DNA of 64,000 nt from Candidatus Eiseniibacteriota bacterium (GCA_963783375.1 CAWANH010000028.1:1536001-1600000), one strand, 5' to 3'. Positions 9,911 through 22,926 are shown, counted from the stretch's first letter. Notes: generated from the sequence alone by a model not told the origin. Program-made: numbers and translations.

Positions 9911-10384
9911 ATGAACGCCGCCGGCAACGAATTCGAACACGACGACAGGATCCTTCGCGCCGACCCCGTCTTTCGCATGCGGGCGGTGACGATCCTGGTG
10001 ATCCTGGTCGCCCTGGGGGCCGCCTCCCTCATGGCCACCAGCCGCTACCTGGACGGGCTCCGGGAACTGGCTCAGGCGTCGCCGGAGGATGCGGCGGCCA
10101 GGGCGGCCACGCTCTTCCGGGTGATGATGTCGGCCACCGCGCTCATTCCGCTCCTGGCCGGCGCGTATCTGTCCCGGCTCGCCTGGCGGGGGTGGATCGA
10201 GGGCGTGTTCCCGCCTCCCGGCACCCGGGTGCTCATGGACACCGCGGTGGTCTCCGGCCGGAGCGCCCGGCGCCTATCCGCGCTCACCTTCACCCTCGGG
10301 GTGATCCTGGTGCTCTCGGCGGCGACCCTGGTGATCTTCGGATGGTGGATGGCCGCCACCCTCGCCGCGCCCCACGGAGGCTGA
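9911..10384 (+). CDS. Hypothetical membrane protein (3 TM)
   Basis: RBS GGGAGA, ATG, three hydrophobic helices, FPPPGTRV loop. Confidence 0.7.
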   Translation: MNAAGNEFEHDDRILRADPVFRMRAVTILVILVALGAASLMATSRYLDGLRELAQASPEDAAARAATLFRVMMSATALIPLLAGAYLSRLAWRGWIEGVFPPPGTRVLMDTAVVSGRSARRLSALTFTLGVILVLSAATLVIFGWWMAATLAAPHGG

Positions 10385-10491
10385 GCGCACCTCGCGGGAA
10401 AACCCCGCGCCCCACGGGGGTTGAGCCCGGGTTCGGCGATGCGCCCCCCCGCGGCACGAACCGCCCCGGGACCGCCCGCCCGGCGACCGGC

Positions 10492-10628
10492 GGCGCATGG
10501 AACCCGGCGGCGCTCGTCGGCGCCTCAAACCCGCCGGCGCTCATCGGCGCTTCGAATCCGCCGGCCCTCGGCGGCGCCTCGAACCCGTCGGCGCCCGGCG
10601 CTCGTCGGCGCCTCGAATCCGCCGGCCC
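10492..10628. repeat. Degenerate 27-bp tandem repeat (about 5 copies) between convergent genes
   Basis: GGCGCCTCGAAYCCGCCGGCGCTCGTC-like units start at 10492, 10519, 10546, 10573 and 10607. Confidence 0.8.
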
Positions 10629-10633
10629 CCGAG

Positions 10634-11242
10634 TCACTTCACCGGATGCATCACGTAGCGGATCTGCCAGGCATGAAAGAACCCCGAGAGCCGCCGCTCG
10701 TAGAACTCCTGCGACCCGTAGCTCCGGTTCACCAGGAACGCGAACCACGGGGCGAGTACCTTGTCCAGGAGCCCGTTCCGGTAGAACTCCAGCCGGACCG
10801 ACTCCACCCGGAAGCTCACGTCGGTGTAGAACGCGGGGACCTTCCGCCGCCGCGGCTGGCGCTCGGGGGCGACGAAGTAGAACATGGTGTGGAGGCCGAA
10901 GAAGCGGACGTGGGTGGGATCCGAGTACCCGTAGACGTTCGAGAAGTGGGGGACGGTGATCTCGATGGTCGCGCCGGGGCGAGCCACCCGGTGGATCTCC
11001 CGCATGAGGGGGAGGAACTCCCGCACGTGCTCCAGGGCGTGGCGGCTGTGGATCCGCTCCACGCAGTCGTCGGGGAGAAGCTCGAAGGGCGCGTTCAGGT
11101 CGGCGAGGATGTCCACCCCGGGAAGGGGGAGGTGGTCCACGGCGTAGAGCCCCGGCCGGGGGACGCCCCCCGAGCCGAGATCCAGGCCGATCGCCCGCCC
11201 CGCCGCGAGGTCCGCGGCCACCTTCGGGTTCAGTATCTCCAT
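10634..11242 (-). CDS. Class I SAM-dependent methyltransferase domain protein
   Basis: LDLGSG, HALEHV, EIHRVARPGA, DPTHVRFF motifs; start at MEILNPK. Confidence 0.85.
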   Translation of the reverse strand: MEILNPKVAADLAAGRAIGLDLGSGGVPRPGLYAVDHLPLPGVDILADLNAPFELLPDDCVERIHSRHALEHVREFLPLMREIHRVARPGATIEITVPHFSNVYGYSDPTHVRFFGLHTMFYFVAPERQPRRRKVPAFYTDVSFRVESVRLEFYRNGLLDKVLAPWFAFLVNRSYGSQEFYERRLSGFFHAWQIRYVMHPVK

Positions 11243-11310
11243 GGACTCCGCGCGTCCTCCCCCGGGCCCGGATCGCTCGCAAGCGCCGCCGGAGGCCCTC
11301 GACCCGCCGG

Positions 11311-13266
<1,956 letters not shown>

Positions 13267-13456
13267 ATACGCCAGTCTACCCCCGGCCGGGGAATCGCGC
13301 CAGCGGCGTATGGGGGACGGGCGGACCCGGGGAGAGGGCACGCGTTTCGGCCCTCCCGGGTTGAGCGGCGGGGGAGCAACGCCTACCATGAAAAGAGCGC
13401 CCGGCGGCCGCGACGGCCCCGGTTCGTCCGAACTCATCGAAACTCCCGGAGGCACC

Positions 13457-14317
13457 ATGAAGCTCGGATTCATCGGCACCGGTCTCATGGGGCGCCCCAT
13501 GGCGGGGCGTCTCCTGGACGCGGGCCATCAGCTCACCGTATTCAACCGCACCCGGTCGAAGGCCGCGTCCCTGGCCGAGCGGGGGGCCGCGGTGGCCGTC
13601 GACCCGGCCTCGGTGTTCGCCGTCTCCGAGGCCACCGTGCTCATGCTGACCGGCGGTCCCGCGGTGGCGGCGGTCCTGGGCGGCGACGGCCCGGCCCCCG
13701 ATCTCGCCGGGCGGACGGTGATCCAGATGTCCACCATCGGCCCCGACGAGAGCCTGGCCTTCGAGGAGCGCGTGCGAACCGCGGGGGGCGACTACCTGGA
13801 GGCCCCGGTCCTGGGGAGCACCCCCCAGGCCGAACAGGGGGAACTCCTGATCCTGGCCGCGGGGCCCGAGGCCCGGATCGAGCGCTGGCGCGAGGTGCTG
13901 GCGGTGCTGGGGAAGCCGACCCGCATCGGCGACCTCGGCCAGGGGGCGGCGGTGAAGCTCGCCCTGAACCAGCTCATCGCCTCGCTCAGCGCCGCCTACG
14001 CTTACAGCCTGGGGCTGGCGGAGCGCCGCGGGGTGGCGCCGGAGCGGTTCATGGAGATCCTGCGCGGCACCGTGCTCTACGCCCCCACCATCGACAAGAA
14101 GCTCCCCCGGCTCCTGGAGCGGAACTTCGACGACCCGAACTTCCCGGTCAAGCACCTGCAAAAGGACGTGGACCTGGCGCTGGAGGAGGGGCGGAAGCAG
14201 GGGCTCGGCACCGACGCCCTGGAGGGGGTGCGGCGGATCCTCGAGCGGACGATGGAGGGCGGGCTGGCCGAGGCGGACTACAGCGCGCTCTACGAGACGG
14301 TGAATCCGCGGCGGTGA
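13457..14317 (+). CDS. NAD(P)-dependent oxidoreductase, 3-hydroxyisobutyrate dehydrogenase family
   Basis: MKLGFIGTGLMGRPMA, FNRT, EAPVLGS, KLALN, KDVDLA. Confidence 0.9.
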   Translation: MKLGFIGTGLMGRPMAGRLLDAGHQLTVFNRTRSKAASLAERGAAVAVDPASVFAVSEATVLMLTGGPAVAAVLGGDGPAPDLAGRTVIQMSTIGPDESLAFEERVRTAGGDYLEAPVLGSTPQAEQGELLILAAGPEARIERWREVLAVLGKPTRIGDLGQGAAVKLALNQLIASLSAAYAYSLGLAERRGVAPERFMEILRGTVLYAPTIDKKLPRLLERNFDDPNFPVKHLQKDVDLALEEGRKQGLGTDALEGVRRILERTMEGGLAEADYSALYETVNPRR

Positions 14318-14416
14318 GGGCCGGACGGAACGCTCGCGCCCGCAGGCGAGCCGCGCTACGGCCGGGCGCCGGGTCCGCGAATTCTCCCCGGCCGCCCCGC
14401 GGTTCCGACCGGCCGG

Positions 14417-15112
14417 TCAGCGGGCGAGGAGGCCGTACTTGAGGATCACGAAGACCGCCCGGACCCCGTCCTTCCAGTTGATCTTCTTCCCTTCCTCGTA
14501 GGTGCGTCCGTAGTAGGAGATGCCGACCTCGTAGACCGGGCAGCGGAGCCGGGCGATCTTGGCGGTGAACTCCGGCTCGAACCCGAAGCGATCCTCGGTG
14601 AACCGGACCGACCCCAGGATGCTCCGGCGGAAGACCTTGTACCCGACCTCCATGTCGGTGAGGTTCAGGTTCGTGAACATGTTGGAGAGCCGGGTGAGGA
14701 AACGGTTCCCGGCCGAGTGCCAGTAGTAGAGGACCCGGTGGGACTCGCTGCCGATGAACCTCGAGCCGTAGACCACCTCCGCCTTTCCGTCGACGATCGG
14801 CTGCAAGAGCCGGATATAGTCCTTGGGATCGTACTCGAGGTCGGCGTCCTGGATGATGATGACGTCCCCGCCGGCATGCTCGAACCCGCTTCGGAGGGCG
14901 GCCCCTTTTCCCCGGTTCCTCTCGTGGAGGACGACCCGGCAATCGGGCAGGTCGGACAGATCCCGGAGGACCTCCCGGGTGCCGTCGGTGGAGCAATCGT
15001 CCACGACGATGATCTCCCGTTCGAACGGCAATTCCACCGCGGCCACCGCCTCCAGGATGGGGCGGATGGTGGGGCGCTCGTTGTAGCACGGGATGACGAT
15101 GGACACTTTCAC
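14417..15112 (-). CDS. Glycosyltransferase family 2 (polyprenol-phosphate glycosyltransferase-like)
   Basis: [41 protein letters not shown]. Confidence 0.92.
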   Translation of the reverse strand: MKVSIVIPCYNERPTIRPILEAVAAVELPFEREIIVVDDCSTDGTREVLRDLSDLPDCRVVLHERNRGKGAALRSGFEHAGGDVIIIQDADLEYDPKDYIRLLQPIVDGKAEVVYGSRFIGSESHRVLYYWHSAGNRFLTRLSNMFTNLNLTDMEVGYKVFRRSILGSVRFTEDRFGFEPEFTAKIARLRCPVYEVGISYYGRTYEEGKKINWKDGVRAVFVILKYGLLAR

Positions 15113-15149
15113 GACGGATCCCTCGTGATGTTGGGCTTCCCGGATCGTC

Positions 15150-16655
15150 CTACCGCGTCAGGAGATCCGCCTCGGCCGAGCGTTCCATGAGCTCGCGCAC
15201 CCCCCGGTGGAGATGCCACGCGCGGAATCCCGATCTCCGCATCAACCCGGCGAGATGGGCGCTCTTGTACCCGATCTCGCAGTAGAGCACGTAGGCCTTC
15301 TCCCGGCCGAAGGCCCGGTAGGCGCGAAGCGCTTCAGTGTACTCCAGGTGGAGGGCCCCGGACGGGTGCCAGGCATCGTAGGCGGGGCGGGAGCGGAGGT
15401 CCAGGAGCACCGCATCCTCGGGAATGCGGTCCGCGTCGAGATCCAGGCCGGTGCCCTCCAGGTTGTCCAGGCTCAGGGCCCGCAGATCGACCTTTCCCCG
15501 CCCGGCCCACGCCGCCTCCAGCACCGCGGGATCGAGCTTGGCCTCTTCGGCTTCCAGGGCGCGGAGCGGCGCGCTGGTGGAGGGGCTCCGCGAGAGGAGA
15601 TCGCAGTACTCGTCCACCTTCGCCGAGGACTCGAAGGTTCCGATCCGGCGGGCCAGCTCGGTGATCTCCTCCTTGTTGTTCCCCACCAGGGGACGGAGGA
15701 TGGGAAGGTGGGTAGCCCGGGAGATGACGGCGAGGTTCTGCAGGGTCTGGGAGGAGACCTGACCTACCGCCTCGCCGGTCACCAGGGCATGGGCCCCGAT
15801 GCGGGCGGCCAGCCGGTCGCCCGCCTGGAGCATCAATCGCTTGAGGATGACCTGCCAGAACCGGGACGAGGTCTTCTCGCGAAGCTCCCGGACCACGGGG
15901 GCGAAGTCCAACTCGTGGAGGATCGGCCGGTCGCCGTAGCTCCAGAGATCGGAGACGATCTTCATCACCCGGAGCACGCCTTCCCGGTGCTCGGACCCCC
16001 CCAGGTTCAGGAAAAGATAGTCGAGGGAGACGCCGCGGCGAAGCATGAGCCACGAAGCCACCGCGGAGTCGAACCCGCCCGAGACCAGGGACAGCGCGCG
16101 TCCCTCCACCCCCAGGGGGAGGCCGCCGTGGGCGGGAACCACCCGGCGGAAGAAGTAGGCGGCCTCGGGCTGGACCTCGAGCCGGGCGGTGAACTCGGGG
16201 CGGCCGAGATCCACCCCGGCCGACCCGGGGAGGAGCGCGGTCCCCAGCGCCCGGTCCACGTCCATGGAGTCGAAGGGGATCCGTTTCACGTCGCCGCCTC
16301 GGCGGGCGCGCACCGCGAACCGTTTGCCGGCCACGTCCTCGCGAAAGATGGATTCGCCCGCCCGCACCACGTCCTGGAGCGTGGTCCACGGGTGTCGCTC
16401 CACCGGCGAGATGGACTGCACCCCGAAGACCCGGGGGACGACGTCCAGGGCGATGGGGCTCTCCGCCTCCAGGTAGAGGCGGTGCCAGTCGCGGCGGATC
16501 CCGCCTCCGATTCCGGCGGCGGCCAGGGCGTCGCGCAGGTTTTCCTCCAGGCGCCGGACGAACCGTTGCTTGGTCTTGGATCCCTTGGTGGAGATGTCCC
16601 CGGAGAACCGGATGAGGATCAGCGGGCCCGTCTCATCGGGGCTCTTCACGGGCAT
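15150..16655 (-). CDS. thiI: tRNA 4-thiouridine synthase ThiI (THUMP + PP-loop + C-terminal rhodanese)
   Basis: [16 protein letters not shown]-loop, [18 protein letters not shown], rhodanese LYCEIGYKS. Confidence 0.93.
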   Translation of the reverse strand: MPVKSPDETGPLILIRFSGDISTKGSKTKQRFVRRLEENLRDALAAAGIGGGIRRDWHRLYLEAESPIALDVVPRVFGVQSISPVERHPWTTLQDVVRAGESIFREDVAGKRFAVRARRGGDVKRIPFDSMDVDRALGTALLPGSAGVDLGRPEFTARLEVQPEAAYFFRRVVPAHGGLPLGVEGRALSLVSGGFDSAVASWLMLRRGVSLDYLFLNLGGSEHREGVLRVMKIVSDLWSYGDRPILHELDFAPVVRELREKTSSRFWQVILKRLMLQAGDRLAARIGAHALVTGEAVGQVSSQTLQNLAVISRATHLPILRPLVGNNKEEITELARRIGTFESSAKVDEYCDLLSRSPSTSAPLRALEAEEAKLDPAVLEAAWAGRGKVDLRALSLDNLEGTGLDLDADRIPEDAVLLDLRSRPAYDAWHPSGALHLEYTEALRAYRAFGREKAYVLYCEIGYKSAHLAGLMRRSGFRAWHLHRGVRELMERSAEADLLTR

Positions 16656-16770
16656 GGGCGAACCTCCAGGACGCAATCTGGACCAGGACCGGGCATGGCG
16701 ACGGCACCGTGCAGGGATTCTAGCAGAGGCCGTCGGGTCTCCCGAGACCCCGCGTAGGCCCCGCTCCCCG

Positions 16771-17514
16771 TCAGGCCTCCATGGTCAGACAGAAATGGCT
16801 CTGGAGGAAGTACGCGGCGAGCCGGTTGGCCAAGAGGACCCGTCCGACGTCTCGGAGAGGGTTGAACGAGGTCCAGCGGATGCGGGGGTTCCGGAACCCC
16901 GCCTCGGCCAGGAGCGCGGCCCAGACCTCCGGGGGCTGGTGCTTGTCCCACTCGATGGTCGGCATGATCGGATTCTTGAGGCCGAGCCGGGGGAAGAAGT
17001 TCCGGCTGGAGCAATCGGTGGCCACGAGCTTCGCGCCCGGGGCGCAGAGCTCGTGGAGCTTCCCGAAGAGCTCGATGTACCGCGCTTCGGCCGCCGGATC
17101 CTTGCCGAGATTCAGACACGCTTCCTCGTCAACGTGATTCAGGGAGTTGTTCAGCAGCACCACGTCGAAGCGGATCCCGCCGGGGTCGAAATCCTGGATG
17201 GTGGTTCCCTGGATCCGAACGTCGGTGGACAGCCCGAGGAGCGAGTGCATTCTGTCGAACTTTGCCGTCACCCCCGCGGTCGAGCCCATGGCCTCCGGCT
17301 CCAGGCACCGGGCCTCCGATGCCCCGCGAAGCGCGGCGTAGAATGTATAGACGCCGCTCCCGCCTCCGATATCCAGGAAACGCCTGCCCTCCAGCGGCAC
17401 GCCGTCGAAGATCTGCTTGGTGTAGAAGAGCAGGTTCTCTCCGGAGGAATACATTCCCTCGGTGGAGACCGCCTGGAGAAAGGTCTTCATTTGCCCGGTG
17501 TCAGGAGTGACCAT
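16771..17514 (-). CDS. Class I SAM-dependent methyltransferase
   Basis: FLDIGGGSG motif I, FDVVLLNNSLNHV. Confidence 0.8.
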   Translation of the reverse strand: MVTPDTGQMKTFLQAVSTEGMYSSGENLLFYTKQIFDGVPLEGRRFLDIGGGSGVYTFYAALRGASEARCLEPEAMGSTAGVTAKFDRMHSLLGLSTDVRIQGTTIQDFDPGGIRFDVVLLNNSLNHVDEEACLNLGKDPAAEARYIELFGKLHELCAPGAKLVATDCSSRNFFPRLGLKNPIMPTIEWDKHQPPEVWAALLAEAGFRNPRIRWTSFNPLRDVGRVLLANRLAAYFLQSHFCLTMEA

Positions 17515-17520
17515 TTGGGT

Positions 17521-19105
17521 TCAGTTCCTTACTGCCTTTCCGGAGGCCGTCGTGCCCCCGGCTTCAAGACGCCAGAAATACACTCCGGGCGGGGTTCCCT
17601 TCCCCTCCCACCGAAAGCGGTTCGTCCCCCTCGGCCACCAGGCGTCCAGGGTCCCGAGGATCCGCCCCCGCACATCGTAAAGCATAAGGTGCGCGGGGGC
17701 ATCGCGGTCCGTGGTGAACTCCACGTTGAAACCCGAGAGGAAGGGATTGGGAAAGCTCCGGACGGTGGTGGAGAGGGTCACGGGGACCCCGAGCGCCGCC
17801 CGGGTCCGGAGGTGGGCGATCACGTTCCGGGTGAGCTGGGCCAGGGGAGGGTTGGTGGCCAGCTCAATTCCGTACCGACGGTAGGACCCGGTGAAGACCG
17901 TGCCCCCCTGGGTGTAGATGGTCATGGCTCCGAAGGTGGTGTCTTGCTGGCTGTAGCGTTGCGCGGGGGCCAGGGCGAGCACTTCGGTGGAGGGGGGAGT
18001 GCCCATCGCGTAGGCCGACGGAGCCGGATACGGGCGGCCGTCGTCCCAGCTCAGCAGCATCCCGTCGATCTCGTCGTTGGCGATCATGGTGAGGCCGAAC
18101 TGGTCGCCGAAGCCGAGGCCGGTGTTCTCGAAGGCCCAGTGCTCGGGACGGTAGACCGTGTAATCGCTTCCCGGGAGCCCGGCGTTGGTCTGCCCGCCAG
18201 TTGACCCCCGTCAGGCTGTTGGCGGGACGATCGGCGGGGGGGGCGTCCCAAAGATACGTGGTCGAATCCAGGCCGGCGTTCTTGTAGCAGATCTCCTGGG
18301 TGCCGTTCCAGCGGATCCGCCACCAGCAGATGTTGCCGGAGAGGAACATGGCGTTGCCCCCGCCGGCGATGAACGCCTCGACCGCGTCGCGCTGGGTGTC
18401 CGACCAGTACTCGTCGTGACCGGTCGAGATGAAGAGATCGTAGTTGTCGAGCAGCGATGGATCGCGGTCGAGATCCTCCGAGTCGCAGTATTCCGTGGCC
18501 ACCCCTTCGTTGTAGAGGTACTTCACGACCCCAATGCCGAAGTTGGCGAAGTCCGACTTCCCGAGGAAGATGTTGCTCGGCCGGTCCAGGGAAACGAAGG
18601 CGCTCGCCACGTGATCAGTGGAAGACGACGTGTACAGGCTCTTCCCCCCCCAGGAATTGTAGGCGTTCCAGGTCGAGCTCGAGGCTTGGACGAGAATCCG
18701 CGAGGTCGAGCCGGGCTGGTCTTCACGGACCACGAACACGCAGTAGCGCCGGTCGGTGAGCGGATGGCCATCGGGCAGAAGTTCCGCGTAGTAGACGCCC
18801 GAGATCCAGCACTGAGGCACCCTTACGCTCAAGGTGACCGGCCAACCCGCACCGTAGGCATACGAACTCTCAGGTACCGCGCACGAGGCGGTCGACACCG
18901 CTGTGTAGGTGGCGATGGCCACGTTGCTCCAGGAAGTCAGGATTCGGATCTGGGACGTCGCGTTGGCCGAGCTCACGTGAAAACGAAGGGTGTCGCCCTG
19001 GGCCACCGAAAGAGGGGTCGCGTAAGCCTCGATCGGTTCCGCGGCCCGTGCGGTTCCGGCAAGGGCCGTGAACAGGAGAAGGAGAGCCGCCACTGAACCA
19101 CGCAT
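17521..19105 (-). CDS. Secreted N,N-dimethylformamidase large-subunit-like (DUF6605) protein with a C-terminal FlgD-Ig/T9SS-like domain; frameshift at about 18190
   Basis: Signal peptide; TWNAYNSWGGKSLY, VSLDRP, GHDEYWS, GGNAMFLSGN; second frame ends SFPNPF...YDVRGR...PGVYFWRL. Confidence 0.78.
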
Positions 19106-19390
19106 GATCAACCTTTCGTCGGGCGGATAGGCGTCGGTCCGGTGCCGGGTGCACGAGATCTCTGGGTACGGATCACGTCCCGGGTCGACCCGCGTCAGTG
19201 GGCCCTTGGGGAAGATGGGCCGCGGGTCCGCGCTCTTCATGAAGAGTGCGGGCTTGGGAGGGGGGTTCTCCATGTTGTCGGGTCGGGGAAGCAGGATGTC
19301 GCTACTGGTTGATCGGATTCTCCGCCGGTCGTGGTCCGGGTCGGCGCGTCCCGCGGCCGGGGGCGCGTCAAGCCAGAATTCGATCGTCGT

Positions 19391-21034
19391 TCAATCGAAT
19401 ATTATAACACTGAAACTCACATCCGGACCTCGGGGCCCCGGCCCCGAGGTCATTTCCCGACCACGTTCCCCCTCTCCCTTCACGCCCCCCTCCAGCAGGA
19501 GGGACATGGGAAGGCAGGCCAGGAAGAGAAGCGCGATCAGGTAGAACGCGTGGTTGTAGGCCAGGATCGAGGCCTGCCGGGTCACGCTCAGGTCCAGGAG
19601 CCGGAGCGCCCCCAGCCGGGCCGAGGAGGGATCCATGCCGCGGGAGGCCAGGGCGCCGGAGACGGACCGGATCCAGGCCATGGCGGTGTCGTTGTAGGGG
19701 GTCAGGTTCCGGGACAGCACCTGGTGGTAGGCGGTGGTGCGGCCGGTGATCACGGTGGCGGCGAGGGCGATTCCCACGCTCCCGAAGACCTGGCGGACCA
19801 CGTTGTAGAGCCCCGCGGCCTCGGTCATGTTCGGCTTGGCGATGGGGGCGAGCGCGGCGGTGCTCAACGCCACGAAGATGAGCCCGAACCCGACCCCCTG
19901 CCACACCTGGGGCAGGACGAGGCTCCAGGGCGAGGTGGTGGGGGCGAGCATGCCCAGTTGCCAGAAGGACCAGGCGCTCACCACCAGCCCCGATCCCACC
20001 AGGAGGCGCGGCCCCACGCGGTTGTAGAGCCGGCCGGAGATCGGCATCACCACCGCCATGGCCAGGCTCCGCGGCATGAGCGCGAGCCCGGAGTTGTAGG
20101 CGGGATACCCCAGGATCTGTTCGAGGAAGAGGGGGAGGATGAAGAGGCTTCCGTAGAGCCCCATCCCCAGCACCCCGCCGATCGCGGTGGCCGAGGTGAA
20201 GGGGAGGTTCTTGAGCAGCCGGATGTTGACCGCGGGGTTGGAGACCTTGAGTTCCCTCCAGACGAAGAACAGGAGTCCCGCCGCCGCGATCAGGGTGAGG
20301 TAGACGATGGTGGCGGAGGCGAACCAGCTCTTCTCCTGGCCCTTCTCGAGCATGAGCTGAAGCGAGCCCAGGCCCACCATGAGGAGGGAAACTCCGAGGA
20401 CGTCGATGACCCCGTGGCGGCGCGCCATGTAGGGCGGGTCGTGGATGTAGCGGGAGACCAGCATGAGGTTCACCACCCCGATGGGTACGTTCACGTAGAA
20501 CACCCAGGGCCAGGAGTAGGTGTCGGTGAGCCAGCCGCCCAGGGTGGGGCCGAATGCCGGGGCCAGGACCACCCCGAGGCCGTAGAGCCCCATGGCCATC
20601 CCCTGCTCCTCGGCCGGGAAGCTCTCCCGCAGGACGGCCTGGGAGATGGGGATGATCGCCCCGCCCCCCGCGCCCTGGATGATCCGGAAGATCACCATGG
20701 ACGGCAGGTTCCAGGCCATGCCCGCGAGCATGGAGGCGACGGTGAACACCCCCACGCTCATCATGTAGAGCCGCTTCCGTCCGATGCGGAGGGAGAGGAA
20801 CCCGATGAGGGGCATGATCACGACGTTGGCCAGGATGTAGCCGGTGGCCACCCAGGTGATCTGGGAGACGGTGGCCCCGAGGCTCCCCTGCATGTGGGGG
20901 AGCGCCACGTTCACGATGCTCGAGTCCAGGACCGCCATGATCGTCCCGGTGAGCATCGTGCCCGCCACCACCCACTTGTTGACGTCGGGGACGGCGGGCG
21001 AACCGGCCCTCAGAGCGGCGGATTCAGCTCCCAT
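19391..21034 (-). CDS. DHA2 family MFS efflux permease (EmrB/QacA subfamily)
   Basis: LDSSIVNVALP, GPTLGGWLTD..SWPWVFYVNVPIG, about 14 TM. Confidence 0.95.
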   Translation of the reverse strand: MGAESAALRAGSPAVPDVNKWVVAGTMLTGTIMAVLDSSIVNVALPHMQGSLGATVSQITWVATGYILANVVIMPLIGFLSLRIGRKRLYMMSVGVFTVASMLAGMAWNLPSMVIFRIIQGAGGGAIIPISQAVLRESFPAEEQGMAMGLYGLGVVLAPAFGPTLGGWLTDTYSWPWVFYVNVPIGVVNLMLVSRYIHDPPYMARRHGVIDVLGVSLLMVGLGSLQLMLEKGQEKSWFASATIVYLTLIAAAGLLFFVWRELKVSNPAVNIRLLKNLPFTSATAIGGVLGMGLYGSLFILPLFLEQILGYPAYNSGLALMPRSLAMAVVMPISGRLYNRVGPRLLVGSGLVVSAWSFWQLGMLAPTTSPWSLVLPQVWQGVGFGLIFVALSTAALAPIAKPNMTEAAGLYNVVRQVFGSVGIALAATVITGRTTAYHQVLSRNLTPYNDTAMAWIRSVSGALASRGMDPSSARLGALRLLDLSVTRQASILAYNHAFYLIALLFLACLPMSLLLEGGVKGEGERGREMTSGPGPRGPDVSFSVIIFD

Positions 21035-22121
21035 GACCGGCGGCCGAGGCCTCGGAAGAGGCGGACACGTCCACGTGGACGGTCACCGAAAGCCCGGGCC
21101 AGAGAGGGTGCGCCGGATCCGCCGATCCGGTGAACGCGATCCGCACCGGCACCCGCTGGGTGGTCTTGATGAAGTTTCCGGTGGCGTTGTCGGGCGGGAG
21201 GAGGCTCAGGACCGCCCCCGTCGCCGGCTCGAAGCTCTCGACCCGCCCCCGGAAGGTGGTTCCGGGGTAGGCGTCCACATCGAGGGTGGCCGGCATTCCC
21301 ACCCGGATCTTCCGGACCTGGGTCTCCTTGAAGTTGGCGGTCACCCAGACGGTGTCGGCATCCACCAGGGCGAGGAGCGGCTGGCCCACGGAGACGTACT
21401 TCCCCGGGTCCACGTTTCGCACCGCCACCGTGCCGGAGAAGGGAGCCTGGACCGTGGTCCGCCCCAGGTTCCGCCGGGCGGTCTCGAGGGCGACCTCGGC
21501 CGAAGTCGCCGCGCTACGCCGGACCTCGAGATCGGCCCGCCGGCTCTCGAGGTCGGCCTCCGCCGCCTCCAGCTCCGCCTGCGCCGCCTCCTCCCGGGCC
21601 TGGTCCAGCTTCCAGGTCGTCTCGGCGTCGTCGTACCGGCTCTGGGACACCGCCCCCCCGGCCAGGAGGTCGGCGTAGCGATCCTTCTCCTTGGCCGCCA
21701 GGGCGGTCTGGGCCCGGGCGGAACGGAGCTGGGCCCGATCGGCGGCGATGGTCTTCCGGCCCTCTTCGATCCGCGCCGAGTCGGCGACCGCCTCCGCCCG
21801 GGCCTCGCTCAGGGCGGCCGCCTTCGCCGCCACCACGCTCCGGTAATCCTCGGGGGCGATCTCGACCAGAGGCTGGCCGCCGACGACGCGCTGGTGGCTC
21901 GACACCAGGACCCGGAGCGCGGTCCCCGAGACCTCGGCGCTCACCGGGACGATCGTTCCCGCGACGTAGGCGTCGTCGGTGGTCTCGTGGGAGAAGCCGA
22001 AGAGGATCCGGGGGAGGAAGCCCGCGGCCAGGGCAACGAGGATCACGCCGCCGATGAGGCCTCGGACGAGCCAGCGATTGGATCTGAGGGCGGCCAGGCG
22101 GCCGGTATCGGTATTCGCCAT
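21024..22121 (-). CDS. HlyD/EmrA family membrane fusion protein
   Basis: TDDAYV, WVTANFKETQ, LLPPDNATGNFIKTTQRVPVRI. Confidence 0.95.
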   Translation of the reverse strand: MANTDTGRLAALRSNRWLVRGLIGGVILVALAAGFLPRILFGFSHETTDDAYVAGTIVPVSAEVSGTALRVLVSSHQRVVGGQPLVEIAPEDYRSVVAAKAAALSEARAEAVADSARIEEGRKTIAADRAQLRSARAQTALAAKEKDRYADLLAGGAVSQSRYDDAETTWKLDQAREEAAQAELEAAEADLESRRADLEVRRSAATSAEVALETARRNLGRTTVQAPFSGTVAVRNVDPGKYVSVGQPLLALVDADTVWVTANFKETQVRKIRVGMPATLDVDAYPGTTFRGRVESFEPATGAVLSLLPPDNATGNFIKTTQRVPVRIAFTGSADPAHPLWPGLSVTVHVDVSASSEASAAGHGS

Positions 22122-22136
22122 GAAATTCCGCTCCCG

Positions 22137-22622
22137 CTAGGGTTCGGGTCGAACCGGGGCCCCGCGCCCTCCCCGCCAGTCCGCGACCACCGATTCCAGG
22201 CGGTCGATCAGGATGTCGTAGAAGCGCTTCATCTCTTCCAGGCGCTCCCGCGCCGGGGACGGGCCCTCGGGGAGCGCGTCCAGGGCCTCCGTCACCACCT
22301 CGCGCGTCCGTCGCCGCCGGGCCAGGCGCCCGGTCACCAGATGATCGAAGGGATCGGCGGTCAGGCGGTAGCGGGCCTTCCGCTCGCCGGGACGGGTGGT
22401 CCGCTCCAGAACCCCGCGGGACTCCAGGAACCGGGTGTTGGCGCTCACGCCGCCCCGGCTCACGCCGAGGTCGCGGACGATCTCGTCGAAGGTCACCGGC
22501 TCCCCGGCCAGGACGAGGTAGGCCATCAACCGCCCCGCGGTGCGGGGGAGGCCTTCCGCTTCGGTGGTGAGGCCGAGATTTTCGATGAATCGGGACGCGG
22601 CGGGAGCGACTCGGGTCGGCAT
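22137..22622 (-). CDS. GbsR/MarR family transcriptional regulator
   Basis: GLPRTAGRLMAYL...LGVSRGGVSANTRFL...PGERKARY winged HTH; RBS AAAAGGAG. Confidence 0.88.
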   Translation of the reverse strand: MPTRVAPAASRFIENLGLTTEAEGLPRTAGRLMAYLVLAGEPVTFDEIVRDLGVSRGGVSANTRFLESRGVLERTTRPGERKARYRLTADPFDHLVTGRLARRRRTREVVTEALDALPEGPSPARERLEEMKRFYDILIDRLESVVADWRGGRGAPVRPEP

Positions 22623-22634
22623 CGGACGGCTCCT

Positions 22635-22667
22635 TTTGTTCAGTCTGTTCAGAACATACTGAACAAA
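22635..22667. promoter_or_regulatory. 33-bp inverted repeat, probable autorepression operator of the efflux operon
   Basis: TTTGTTCAGTCTGTTC-A-GAACATACTGAACAAA (16-bp arms, 1 mismatch) directly upstream of the regulator RBS. Confidence 0.7.
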
Positions 22668-22926
22668 TACCGACCGGATTCCAAGTCATTTGATGGTTGG
22701 AAGTTGACCGACCCCCGCCACCGGGAGGGAATGCCGGGCCCCTCGGCCGGGGAGGCCCCCCTCTACATTCCTTGAAGCCCGGCGGGTCCATCCGGTATAC
22801 TTCTTCGGTTTCCCAAGCCCTTGTCTTTCGGGAAGTTGACCGCGGATCCGGTCGTCGATCGAACCCCATAGCCCCCGCCGGGGCCTCGGCGCCCCGAGCC
22901 CGGCGTGCCTCCGGAAAGCACCACCC

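Noticed and set aside
8778-9940. Protein-coding ORFs over the array (e.g. 8812..9504, 9074..9556)
   Set aside because: The same peptides appear in shifting frames because B units are 106 bp, not a multiple of 3; variation preserves DNA symmetry rather than codons.
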